The notes beneath the pieces were generated by a model. That model worked only from the letters and a program-made list of their open reading frames with translations, ran no database searches and was not told the DNA's origin. A DNA stretch of 63,600 nt, counting the filler, from Octopus bimaculoides (lineage: Eukaryota), in the NCBI RefSeq assembly GCF_001194135.2. It is 5 parts of 5 records of this genome, joined end to end, with 100 filler letters (N's around TTAATTAATTAA, not from the genome) between each part and the next. Parts side by side here need not be neighbours in the genome. Positions count along the whole stretch, not along the records: positions 23,107 to 51,415 come from NC_068998.1; 4 more parts are not named here. One strand, written 5' to 3'. Below are positions 37,253 to 49,276 of this stretch, piece after piece. Positions within the stretch are counted from its first letter, which is position 1. Every line of letters begins with the position of its first letter. The translations under genes were made by a program, and so were the position numbers.

Positions 37253-37353
37253 TGAAGTATTACTGAAGGATACAATTTGCTACCTGGCCCAGGAAATGAA
37301 CCTATGTCCTTAGGATTCTAAACTGAACACACTAACCTCTAGGTTACATGCCT
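37253..37353 (-). mobile_element. tRNA-derived SINE head, family U-like
   Basis: The minus strand reads GGCATGTAACCTAGAGGTTAGTGTG..AGGTTCATTTCCTGGGCCAGG..TTGTATCCTTCAGTAATACTTCA, with A- and B-box-like segments. Confidence 0.6.
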
Positions 37354-37379
37354 TAACTTCCTCACTGTAAGTCAGTGGT

Positions 37380-37462
37380 GCTTACAGCACCTAGGCTTCC
37401 CAAGTGGTCACCATCTAAGTACTAACTAGGCTCGACATTGCTTAACATCGGTGATTGGATGA
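37380..37462 (-). pseudogene. 5S rRNA pseudogene (3' two-thirds; possible extension to 37478)
   Basis: The minus strand TCATCCAATCACCGATGTTAAGCAATGTCGAGCCTAGTTAGTACTTAGATGGTGACCACTTGGGAAGCCTAGGTGCTGTAAGC aligns with the invertebrate 5S sequence as recalled (TCGTCCGATCACCGAAGTTAAGCAACGTCGAGCCTGGTTAGTACTTGGATGGGTGACCGCCTGGGAATACCAGGTGCTGTAAGC). Several differences are CpG transitions, and there is no oligo-T terminator. Confidence 0.88.
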
Positions 37463-38976
37463 TGATTGAACCAGTGCAACAAAATCACTCTCATCTGCCA
37501 CCAACATTACCATGCAGTCAAAGCCATTGGCTCTTCTATGCAAGAATTGGTCTACAGAATCATCAATGCCATCACCATAAAGGAAATGTTCAGCAAAGAA
37601 GAAGCTAAATTCTTGGATACAAGATAAAACCAATGACATATGTTGGTGAATTATTTACCAATTCCACCTTCCTGTTCCTGCCTATCACTATGAAAACCTC
37701 AACATTGTACAGTGGTACTGATGTATGCTTAGATAGATTTGATCACCAAGATTTAACTGGTTTGAGTCCAAATATGATATGACATCTGTGATAGGAAATG
37801 TTAATTTCTAATTTGGTCATGCAACTGACCAAACATTGCCAACAACAGCACCATTGTCACAAGTGTTGCCACCAGTGGAATCAGGATAACACAACAGTTA
37901 CTGCCACCATCACCACTACAACTACCACCACCACCACCACCACCATCAGTACTACCACTGCTACTACCACAACTTGTACCAACATACTCACCACTACCAC
38001 CATCAACACCAACACCACAACCACTACCACCAATACCGTCAACACCACCACCACCACCACCGTCAATACTGCTACTATCACTACCACCAACACCAGCAAC
38101 ACTGCCACTGTCATCCCTCCCACCATCAACACCACCGCCCTCACCACTACTACCACCACCACCATCACTACCACCACCACCACCATTACTACTATCACTA
38201 TTGCCATCTGACCACCTTGATCATAATCACCATCATCAACTAGCTCTACCACCACCGCTGCTATTACCTTACCATCACCACCACCACCACCATCACCCCA
38301 CCACTTCCACTGAAGCACCCCATCCCCACCACCGTCACTCCTACTTCCCCTATCTCCAATATTATTATCTTTACCCATTTAAATCTCTGTCTATATCCAC
38401 CCTGTTGTTACCCAACTGGAACCTATCTCAGTCTGTATTATCTCTTTAATTAGCTCATTAATAACAACGATGATGACGATGATGACGATGATGATGGTGG
38501 TGGTGGTGGTGGTGGTGGTGGTGGTAGTTTTGGTGGTTGTTATGTGGGGGTGGAAGTTATAGCGATGATAGGGGCTGCTTATGGTTGTTGTGGTGATGGT
38601 ANNNNNNNNNNNNNNNNNNNNNNNNNNNNNNNNNNNNNNNNNNNNNNNNNNNNNNNNNNNNNNNNNNNNNNNNNNNNNNNNNNNNNNNNNNNNNNNNNNN
38701 NNNNNNNNNNNNNNNNNNNNNNNNNNNNNNNNNNNNNNNNNNNNNNNNNNNNNNNNNNNNNNNNNNNNNNNNNNNNNNNNNNNNNNNNNNNNNNNNNNNN
38801 NNNNNNNNNNNNNNNNNNNNNNNNNNNNNNNNNNNNNNNNNNNNNNNNNNNNNNNNNNNNNNNNNNNNNNNNNNNNNNNNNNNNNNNNNNNNNNNNNNNN
38901 NNNNNNNNNNNNNNNNNNNNNNNNNNNNNNNNNNNNNNNNNNNNNNNNNNNNNNNNNNNNNNNNNNNNNNNNNNNN

Positions 38977-39022
<46 letters not shown>

Positions 39023-39728
39023 TTGCATATACACATGTATGCATGTGTGTATGCATATATGTATGTATGAAATGATGCTGCTGATGAGGAAAAGGAGGCT
39101 GCTGATATGATGATGATGATGATGATGATGATGGTGATAGTGGTGATGATGATAATGAAGAGGAGGAGGTGTATAATGATAACAATAATAATTGTTGTTT
39201 TTTTATCATTGTTGTTGCTGTTGTTGTTGTTGTTTTCGGTTGAACCTGAAACTAAAACAAGAGACGATGCGTATTTTTTTTAGTGATGTTTTTAAATAGA
39301 GAAGTAATTAAAACTGGCCGCCAGAACAAAAAACAAAAAAAAAAGGAAAAAAAAAAGAGAAGAAAATTTTCTATAAAAGCTGTAATAAAACAAAAACATT
39401 TTTTTAAAAAAGGAAGGAGAAAAAAAAACAATAAAAGATAATAAACGAGAAGAAAAACAAAAAGAAAACACAACTAAGCGGAATATTTTTTTATTATTTG
39501 TTTTCTGTTATTTTTCNNNNNNNNNNNNNNNNNNNNNNNNNNNNNNNNNNNNNNNNNNNNNNNNNNNNNNNNNNNNNNNNNNNNNNNNNNNNNNNNNNNN
39601 NNNNNNNNNNNNNNNNNNNNNNNNNNNNNNNNNNNNNNNNNNNNNNNNNNNNNNNNNNNNNNNNNNNNNNNNNNNNNNNNNNNNNNNNNNNNNNNNNNNN
39701 NNNNNNNNNNNNNNNNNNNNNNNNNNNN

Positions 39729-39782
<54 letters not shown>

Positions 39783-39989
39783 GTATATTTATATATATAT
39801 ATATATATATGAAATACATTATATATGTACATATAAATATATAATACATTATATATATATGTGTGTGTGTATGTGCATATATATGTGTGTGTGTGTGTGT
39901 GTGTGCGGATACCAACAGACTAAACCTTAGAGATACAGACAGTTGTCCTTTCATGTCTTAAAAAATTATTTAAAACAGCCAAAATAAAA

Positions 39990-40030
<41 letters not shown>

Positions 40031-40707
40031 TAATAATAATAATGATGATAATGATAATAATAAATTGAATAAAAGTAATAAAATTAAAAAAAAAAAAAAA
40101 GAAGAAGAAATTAGCCAAAAGATTTCCCTCTGCACCCAAGTCTTTGACTGTGGTTCGGTTTGGCAGCAGAATCGATGTTGCAATGTTGCTTAACTGAGCA
40201 TCATAAACCAACAGCTATTTACGACAACATGAAAGAGAGTGTTGCACTTAATTTGCTTATTCGGACACTAATAGCACCAAAGACTTTTTTTTTTTTATTT
40301 ATCTATTTATTCGTTTATTTATTTTCCCCATTTTGTGCTTGCTAGACCCAATAATATCCAGTAGCCATAGCAACCACAGAACCTCTTGGCTAGTAGACTA
40401 ATGAACTAGATTTTAAAGTATAATTAAGTCATCATCGATGCCACAAATTCGCCCTTATCTTTTTTTTCATGTTTCTTTTTTTTTTTCAATTTATTTTTTG
40501 TTATTTTCTTTTTAATCTATTTATTTTTTTTTTACTTGTTTCATTTTCTTGTCCTTTGTAGGACAGACAGACGAACAGACAAACAGACAGACTGTCATGA
40601 TTTACATTAAAATAGTAAATTAATGAAAGAAAAATGGGGAAAAAAACAATTTTTAAAATATTTTCAGTGTTTTAATAAAACGAGAATTAAGTTTGACTTA
40701 TTTATTT

Positions 40708-41103
40708 AAGCTTGCTTCCCAACCTCATGGTTCCAGGTTCAGTCCCACTGTGTGGTAGCTTGAGCAAGTGTCTTTTACTATAGCCTTGGGCTGACCAAAG
40801 CCTTGTGAGCAGATTGGGTTGATGGAAACTGAAAGAAGCCCATCATATATATATATATTACTCTCTTTTTACTCTTTTACTTGTTTCAGTCATTTGACTG
40901 TGGCCATGCTGGAGCACCGCCTTGAGTCAAGCAAATCGACCCCAGGACTTATTCTTTGTAAGCCTAGTACTTATTCTATCGGTCTCTTTTGCCGAACCGC
41001 TAAGTTACAGGGACCTAATCATGCCAGCATCAGTTGTCAAGCGATGGTGGTGGGGGAGAAACACAGACACACAACATATACACACACACATACATATATA
41101 TAT
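40708..41103. mobile_element. SINE family T with head (plus) and 3' half (minus) in opposite orientations
   Basis: Head at 40708-40843 (B box GGTTCAGTCCC), (AT)n at 40845-40858, then a reverse-complemented tail and body at 40859-41103 ending in (AT)n. Confidence 0.85.
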
Positions 41104-41431
41104 GGAAGACCAGCAGTTGCCCACGCCTTGCCTATCCATACCACTGATGTTATCAGAATTGATATAATTTGGTACCAGTGCTGTCACATGTCACATGCAT
41201 TGCTATCAGATAATATAGAACTAATTCAGATATTGCAAGTGACCCCATTTGACAGTCTGACAATTCTACAATCTACTATTCTCAACTGATATTTTATTTA
41301 CTAGTCCCTAAAAGATGAATGATAACATTGACCTCAGAGGATTTTTAAATTAGAGTTGGAACTGATTTATCAAAGCTGTCTATCCAATGGTTCTAAATAC
41401 TATCCTATTTGCAAACTGTTGTTAGGATAGA

Positions 41432-41433
<2 letters not shown>

Positions 41434-41475
<42 letters not shown>

Positions 41476-41662
41476 TTAACATCCATTTTCCACACTGGCA
41501 AGAGTTGAATAGCTTGACAAGAATTGACAAGGCCTGGGGCTGCACCAAGTTCCATAATCTGTTCTGACTTGATCTCTACAGCTGAATGCCCTTCTTAATG
41601 CCGACCATTTTACAGAGTGTACTGAGTGCTTTTTACATGGCACCAGCACCACTGCTTTTTAT
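41434..41662 (-). mobile_element. RTE LINE 3' end with (GAT)n tail
   Basis: (CAT)n, TTTAACATCCATTTTCCACACTGGC..CTACAGCTGAATGCCCTTC. Confidence 0.75.
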
Positions 41663-42007
41663 ATGGTTTCAAATTGGTGCTTATAATATCTAAAATCATA
41701 TTTCTTTGATTCTGTTATTCTTTTATTGGTTTCAGTCATTGAGTTGAGGCCACCAACAAAGGGTTGCACCAACTTCAAAAGTTTTTTGTTTTTTTTTGTA
41801 TAGGAATCATATTGAACCCATTATTTCATTGATTACAATTTATTGAACCTATAAGTTCCAGTTTTGAAGTATAGGATTGCAATTCAACATTTCAGTTTAC
41901 ACAATAAAACAATCACACACACGCACGCACACACACGCACGCACACACACGCACACACATGCATACACACATGCACGCATGCACGCACACATGCACACAC
42001 ACACACG

Positions 42008-42240
42008 TCATCATTGTTTTTATGTTTAATTTTCCATGCTTTCATGGGTCATACGAAATTTGCTGAAGCAGATTTTCTACAGCTGGATGCCCTTCCTGTC
42101 ACCAACCCTCGCCTGTTTCCAAGCAAGGTAATATTTCTCCAGGGCCAGACATGTTCTTGTAGAATATTGGAAATGAATGACCCTGCTTGCATGTCAGTGA
42201 CACTTGTTTACAACTATCACATAATGTCAAGGCAATGCAA
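42008..42240 (-). mobile_element. RTE-tail-related repeat (variant family)
   Basis: Shares TTTCCATGC and CTACAGCTGGATGCCCTTCCT..CCAACC with the RTE tails but has a different body. Confidence 0.55.
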
Positions 42241-42387
42241 CACTAACACATAAACACACACATATGCATGCATGCACACACACACACACACACACACATA
42301 TGTATGTATGTATATGTATGTGTATGACAGATTTCTTTTAGTTTCTGTCAGCCAAACCCTCTCACAAAGCTTTGGTCAACCTGACGC

Positions 42388-43520
42388 TAGAGCAGAAAAT
42401 ACTTGCCCAAGGTCTCAGGACTGAACCTGAAGCCATGTGACTGGGGTTAAGCAAACTCTTAACCCCACAGCCTCACTTGCTCCTACACAGTCACACCTGT
42501 GTCATGACAAGCTTCTGTACGATATCCACTTACCAAATTCCCTTCACAAGACATAATCAACTTGGGCCTACAGTAGAAAACACCTTCCCAAGATAGAAAG
42601 CAATGGAATTGAACTCAGAACTGCATGCTTTCAAAATAACCTCATTTAACAGGTCTTCGCGTTGCTTGTGAAGACCTGTTGAGGCAAGTGAAATCACAAT
42701 CAAAATCAAATTCGCTGATATGGCCGATGACAGCACCGCCTGACTCGCACCCATGCCAGTGGAATGTTAAAAGCACCATCTGAGCATGATCGTTGCCAGG
42801 GCCGCTGACCGGCTCTCATGCTGGTGGCACATAAAAAGCACCATTCGAGCATGTTCATTACCAGCATCACCTTACTGGCACTTGTCCGGTGACACACGAA
42901 AAGTAACAGTCGAGCAAAGTCATTACCAGTGCCACTGGACTGGCTCCCATGCAGGTGGCACATAAAAAACACCATTTGAGCTTGGCTGTTAGCAGTACCG
43001 CCTGACTGGCCCTCGTGCCGGTGGCATGTAAAAGCACCCACTACACTCTCGGAGTGGTTGGTGTTAGGAAGGGCATCCAGCTGTAGAAACTCTGCCAGAT
43101 CAGAGTGGAGCCTGGTGCAGCCATCTGGCTCACCAGTCCTCAGTCAAACTGTCCAACCCATGCCAGCATGGAAAGCAGACGTTAAATGATGATGACGACG
43201 ACGACAACGACGATGACGATGACCACACAGCTACACCTAGATCTTAAAGCTATAGCAGAAAATACTTGCCCAAAGTTTCAGGACTGGGAAGCAAACTCTT
43301 TAACCCCACAGCCTCACTTGCTCCTACACAGTCACACCTGTGTCACGACAAGCTTCTGTACGATATCCACTTACCAAATTCCCTTCACAAGACATTATAA
43401 TCAACTTGAGCCTACAGTAGAAAACACCTTCCCAAGATAGAAAGCAATGGAATTGAACTCAGAACTGCATGCTTTCAAAATAACCTCATTTACCACACAG
43501 CTACACCTAGATATTAAAGT
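42388..43520. repeat. ~270-bp local direct duplication of decayed SINE heads; the first copy is interrupted by an RTE insertion
   Basis: 42388-42648 plus 43223-43248 matches 43249-43520 with few differences. Confidence 0.9.
42649..43222 (+). mobile_element. 5'-truncated RTE LINE (ORF2 end, 3' UTR with four 65-66 bp units, (GAT/GAC)n tail) nested in a SINE head
   Basis: Array units start at 42756, 42821, 42886, 42952 and 43018; the 3' end is CATGGAAAGCAGACGTTAAATGATGATG. Junctions are defined by the empty-site copy at 43485-43500. Confidence 0.9.
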
Positions 43521-44928
43521 GTAGTTATTTTATAAATACTAAAACCTTTTGAAAAGTTAAATCATCTTCAATAGAATTTGAATAGCAAGTCACTTGGCAC
43601 TGAACTAGAAAATTACAAAATATCCAGTCTACTGCTTCTGTCTCTTCACCAAATACCAAGCAATCACATAAATTTAATCAGTACCAGTCTAGTTTTATCA
43701 ACTTATTTTTTCTTTTTCTTTTTTTTCTGTCTCACTCAATTAAGAGATGGTTTACGACTGAAGAAATGGAGAAACTATTTTTACCATTATTCGACTTCAA
43801 GTCACCTAGCAGACTTCTGATACTTTTTCAAATATTGCTAAAGGATCTGATCTGAGCTTTTATTACTAAAGGGATCCAATACTGTTGCTACATTGTATTT
43901 GACAGATGCAATGCCATTCTGGAACTTCCTGTAGCATATTTTTTTGTTTGATTTTTTTTGTGTCTTTTTGTTTTTGTTTTGTTTTGTTTCTTGGTGGGGT
44001 GGGGGTTGTTATTTGTTTTTGCTTTTGTCTTGTTTTTTTGTTTGTTTTTTTGTTTGTTTGTTTTTTTTGTTACTCTATGTTATTGAATTTGAAATCTCTC
44101 TCTATCTTGCTCTCCAGAGTAGAAAACTTGTCATCTTTCCGATGAATATTTCACCAATGACAACTCCAATTTTATTAATATTTTTCTCTCTAGCCTCTCA
44201 CTTTTTTTTTCTCTTTATTTTTCTTGGGGCATTCATCTAAATGCTATCAGCTTCACCCAGTTTCTTTACATTTAGCTGCCATTCTCCAATTACTCAGCCT
44301 TGGTTTCCAATACTGATATTTCAAAGAATTACCATCAACACCAGCACCACCAACCGCACGGCAATCCATTTGTGCTAACACATACATTTTCCAATTCCTT
44401 CTTTCTCAGAACAGGATTTACTTTATTCCATTTTCTATTGCATTCCGTTTATGTGACGTGTGTATAGCTGTGGAACAACTTGTTCAATAGAATCTCTGCA
44501 AAATGTTGCAATATGGCAACATTTTCGACCAGCAGTCTATGCTTTGAGCGAAGTAGCTGAATGTTTGTGTAGTGCTGCATCTGAGGCAATGGAGAATTCA
44601 TCCTTTTGTTCAGTAAATAGCAATATGAAGGATATAAGCTGTAGGATTTATATGATGTCAGTTTAGATGATACTGGACATAGTAATTACACATTCTACCA
44701 ACCAAACTGTGTATCACTAAATACATTAAGACACTGTTTACTGGGACAGCAAGTCTATTAGAGCACACAGTATTATCTAGTATTATGATCGCAGTGCAGG
44801 GAGTTTGGGCTAAACTTGATGATTTTTTATGTCTCCTTTTTTCAGAAACAGCTTGATATATTGGTGGACCGTTAATGGCATTGGAGAACATAAAGGTTAA
44901 AGTTGTAGATGAGAATAAGTTAGCTGAC

Positions 44929-45330
44929 ATGGAGGACTGGAAGTCATCTGTATCATGATGATCTGTGCTGGGTTTCAAAATACTGACACCATGACTGCTA
45001 CTCAAAATGTTGACTTCATGACTGCTGCTCAATGTTCTGTGAGACTTGACATGGACAGCTGCAACAGAGACTGTGAAGCCATGGCCAGCAGGAAGGGACA
45101 CAGCAGACATTCTGACTGCATTTGCATGCTGGAATTCATCCTTGCATATTTGAAAAGGGTCTCAGGCTCAATTTGGATGGCTATGTGAAGCTACTGGAAA
45201 CTGTGGTCAAATCCTGGCTGGAGAGGGTTGCTGCTTGAAGGCCATATGTGTGACAGCAGGATCGACTCCTTGCCATACCTTCAGAAAGAATCAGAAGTGG
45301 TTGCCAGGGGATTTCTATGACTCCACTAGC
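44929..45330 (+). mobile_element. Tc1/mariner-superfamily transposon remnant (maT/DD37D-like), internally deleted
   Basis: IFEKGLRLNLDGYVKLLETVVKSWLERVAA*RPYV*QQD[S]TPCHTFRKNQKWL..FYD matches the QQDSAPCH second-Asp region. Upstream EAMASRKGHSRHSD resembles the N-terminal linker. The third Asp is absent, so the DD37D label rests on similarity only. Confidence 0.75.
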
Positions 45331-45419
45331 AGCTGGGTTTCTTTCCCTAACGTTTTACATAGATCAACCTACACAAGTTAACATGTGAAAAGCAAAATAG
45401 AAATTTTGAAAGATGGTTC

Positions 45420-46040
45420 TATAGAACTAGAGAAGAAGTGTGAGAGGTATAGAGAATGAGAGAGGGAGTGGAAGAGAGAGAGAGAGAGAGAGATAGAGAA
45501 AAGGAAGAAAGAATTAGAGAGAAGGTATAAAAGAGAGAATGACAGAAAAAAGAGAGTGAATAAGAGAGGAAGAATGAGAGAGAAAATGTGAGAGAATTAA
45601 AGAGAGTGATAGAGAGCATAGGAGAGAGCGAGAGAGAGAACATAAGAGAAAGGGTGAGCATGAGAAAGCATAGGATAACAGAGAGAGAAAAGCATGAGAG
45701 AGAGCATAAAAGAGAGAGATAGAGAGGGAGAGCATGCAAGAGAACATAAGATAGACAGAGAGAGAATAACAGAGAGGGAGAGCAGGAGAGAGAGTATAAA
45801 AGAGAGAGAGAATTAGAGAGAAAGAGAGCATAAGAGAGGGAGGGGAGAGCTGAAGTAAGAGAGAGGAACGTGGACTGGTAACAAGAGAAATCCAGCATAC
45901 CTCTGTACAGCACTGTAGTTTTAAGAAAGCAACAAAAGATGGAGAAAGACAAAGCTAGAGTGAGAGAGAGACAGGCAGAAACAAACATAGACAGAGACAA
46001 ACAGAGAGAAAGAGAGAGAGAGGGAGAGACGTACAGAGCA
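45420..46040. repeat. Degenerate (GA)n-rich tract
   Basis: Directly visible. Confidence 0.9.
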
Positions 46041-46977
46041 CAGATGGTGGGGAAGGGGGTAGAATTTCACTGTTCAGTTTTGCCATGGAGCTAGCTATTG
46101 GAGCCTGGAGATGACCATCAATTGACAATGTGTTGTAGTGTATGAGACATAAACATTGGTTGTGTAATAAATCTGGGGATATCACCTTTTTATGGCAAGA
46201 GATATGAGAGCTTAATGAAGATATGTTGCTGCTTGTTTCTTGCCAACAGCTTCCACACTGGAATTTCCCAACAAACAATGGATTAGTCAGTGAACAATGG
46301 AGTTACATTATATCTCAGGCATATATAATTTCAATAATAATGTTTAATTCCTCGCTGGGAGTTTGTCAACAGCTTATCTCATTTAATTCCTGTTGAGATA
46401 AATATACTGTGATAGAAGTAAGTGGTGGTGGTGGTGGTGGTGGTGGTGGCAGTNNNNNNNNNNGGGGGGGGGAGTTCTCTAGGAGGAAGCATTTCCTTGT
46501 TAGTTTTGTCAAGGAAGCTTATCGTTGCAGTCAGAGCTTATACGGAGTGATGCGAGTGTATAGGTGTGAGGTGTGCTTATGCGACGAACACGCAAACATT
46601 TCTACATCTGTACATATGCATGTGCATGAACTTATATACATCCAGCCAGCCATTCTACATACACACACACACACATATACATACATATATATATTTGTGT
46701 GTGTGTATGTATATATATATATATATATATATATACATACATACACACACACACATACACACACACACATACACACACATACACATGCACACACACACAC
46801 ACACATGCACACACACACACACACATACACACACACAGATACACACACGCACACACACACACGCACACACACAGAGGTTTGATGATGCAAACAGGAAAAC
46901 AGAACTCAAAAGATGAGTCTATTTACCTTCTCTTACACTGATTATAAATAAAAAAATTTTTTTAAATATGCAGTAAT

Positions 46978-47031
46978 AAGCTAGCTTCCCAACCACATGG
47001 TTTCAGGTTCAGTCCCACTGTATGGCACCTT
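46978..47031 (+). mobile_element. SINE family T head cut by a gap
   Basis: AAGCTAGCTTCCCAACCACATGGTTTCAGGTTCAGTCCCACTGTATGGCACCTT. Confidence 0.85.
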
Positions 47032-48394
47032 NNNNNNNNNNNNNNNNNNNNNNNNNNNNNNNNNNNNNNNNNNNNNNNNNNNNNNNNNNNNNNNNNNNNN
47101 NNNNNNNNNNNNNNNNNNNNNNNNNNNNNNNNNNNNNNNNNNNNNNNNNNNNNNNNNNNNNNNNNNNNNNNNNNNNNNNNNNNNNNNNNNNNNNNNNNNN
47201 NNNNNNNNNNNNNNNNNNNNNNNNNNNNNNNNNNNNNNNNNNNNNNNNNNNNNNNNNNNNNNNNNNNNNNNNNNNNNNNNNNNNNNNNNNNNNNNNNNNN
47301 NNNNNNNNNNNNNNNNNNNNNNNNNNNNNNNNNNNNNNNNNNNNNNNNNNNNNNNNNNNNNNNNNNNNNNNNNNNNNNNNNNNNNNNNNNNNNNNNNNNN
47401 NNNNNNNNNNNNNNNNNNNNNNNNNNNNNNNNNNNNNNNNNNNNNNNNNNNNNNNNNNNNNNNNNNNNNNNNNNNNNNNNNNNNNNNNNNNNNNNNNNNN
47501 NNNNNNNNNNNNNNNNNNNNNNNNNNNNNNNNNNNNNNNNNNNNNNNNNNNNNNNNNNNNNNNNNNNNNNNNNNNNNNNNNNNNNNNNNNNNNNNNNNNN
47601 NNNNNNNNNNNNNNNNNNNNNNNNNNNNNNNNNNNNNNNNNNNNNNNNNNNNNNNNNNNNNNNNNNNNNNNNNNNNNNNNNNNNNNNNNNNNNNNNNNNN
47701 NNNNNNNNNNNNNNNNNNNNNNNNNNNNNNNNNNNNNNNNNNNNNNNNNNNNNNNNNNNNNNNNNNNNNNNNNNNNNNNNNNNNNNNNNNNNNNNNNNNN
47801 NNNNNNNNNNNNNNNNNNNNNNNNNNNNNNNNNNNNNNNNNNNNNNNNNNNNNNNNNNNNNNNNNNNNNNNNNNNNNNNNNNNNNNNNNNNNNNNNNNNN
47901 NNNNNNNNNNNNNNNNNNNNNNNNNNNNNNNNNNNNNNNNNNNNNNNNNNNNNNNNNNNNNNNNNNNNNNNNNNNNNNNNNNNNNNNNNNNNNNNNNNNN
48001 NNNNNNNNNNNNNNNNNNATATATTTAATAAAGAAGAAAATGGAGAGTTTTAACAGAGAACCATCAATTTATTAACATATTGTCAATTTACACTTGCCTA
48101 CAATTGTTTCCATATCCACTCTCATTCAAATTACAAATTCATAAATTAAAATTGCATTTTGAAAATTGTGAGGTGAATATTTCTGCTGAGCGAAAAATTG
48201 ACACAAAAAGAAATTACATCTTAATTGATTGAGTGTTTCTCAACAGACAAAACATATTAACATTCATATATTTATGTGTGCGTGTACATGTTAATATTTT
48301 TAAAACAAAGAAGCTGTTATATATGTATATGCTTTTTGTTCTTATTTTGTGTGTGTGTTTGCATGTGTTGGGGGGTTCTTGCATGTTGGTAGGG

Positions 48395-48868
48395 GCAATT
48401 GTTTGTGTTGCCAATGCAATTTCCCTTGCGGTTGGGGCAAGTAATACAGTATATGAGATTCTCCATCTAGCAGTTCATGTCTGCATTTACTTTGAACGAA
48501 AATATTTTAAGTGGGAACCATTTTCTAAGTATTTAAAGTTCTTGTTGTTGCATGTTCCACATCTGCTGTTTCCACATTCTTTTACAGAGAATTCTAATTC
48601 ATTCTCTGATGTGAATTTTGCTCCTATGAGGTATTTTTAGAGATTTTTTTGGTTGGCATCTGCTGTTTCTTAAGGGGTCTTTATCAATCAGATCTTTCAT
48701 TTTGGGACTTTGTACAAGTATAGATAGGTTTGATTTTATGGTGTGAAAGCTGCTGGTTACCCCAGGATTATGCGTATTAATAAATGGAATCGTGTATTCA
48801 TTAATTTTTTCCTTTGGTATTGTTAGTATCATATAGATACTCAGCTTCATTGCCTTTTTAATTCCCTC
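48395..48868 (-). mobile_element. Penelope-like element fragment (RT-endonuclease linker plus GIY-YIG start)
   Basis: IPFINTHNP..NLSILVQSPKMK..NSRCQPK, then AKFTS..VKECGNSRCGTC, then FKVNADMNC*MENLIYCITCPNRKGNCIGNT across frameshifts; these are typical PLE linker and NLIY.I.C..C..YIG.T motifs. Confidence 0.85.
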
Positions 48869-49165
48869 ATGTGTGTGTGCATGTATGTATATATATATAT
48901 ATATATATNNNNNNNNNNNNNNNNNNNNNNNNNNNNNNNNNNNNNNNNNNNNNNNNNNNNNNNNNNNNNNNNNNNNNNNNNNNNNNNNNNNNNNNNNNNN
49001 NNNNNNNNNNNNNNNNNNNNNNNNNNNNNNNNNNNNNNNNNNNNNNNNNNNNNNNNNNNNNNNNNNNNNNNNNNNNNNNNNNNNNNNNNNNNNNNNNNNN
49101 NACGAAGTCAGGTGGTGTAGGAAACAAATGGATGTATTAGTATAACGCTCGGGAATTGAGAAAGT

Positions 49166-49201
49166 CTTTAACGTTTCGAGCCTATGCTCTTCCACAGAAA
49201 G
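49166..49201 (-). ncRNA. Minimal type-I hammerhead ribozyme-like motif (Penelope pLTR type), probably decayed
   Basis: The minus strand parses as CTTT-CTGTGGA-A-GAGC ATAG GCTC-GAAA-C-GTT-AAAG: stem I CTTT/AAAG, core CUGANGA with A6 replaced by U, perfect 4-bp stem II, GAAA, palindromic AACGTT stem III. Confidence 0.6.
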
Positions 49202-49276
49202 GAACACAGAAATAAACAAGGAGAGAAAAAAATGTGTGTACTGGTCAGCGATCTATCATATATTATATATATATAG

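Larger units (their letters stand above)
36910..38600. repeat. Degenerate (GAT/GAC/GCA)n, (CAC/ACC)n and (GGT)n triplet fields flanking the 5S/SINE segment
   Basis: Visible at 36910-37205, 37890-38340 and 38460-38600. Confidence 0.85.

Noticed and set aside
44460-44666. 68-aa ORF and a 10-bp inverted repeat at 44500-44525
   Set aside because: The ORF has a GTG start and no recognisable motif. A 10-bp AT-rich stem is expected by chance in a window this size.
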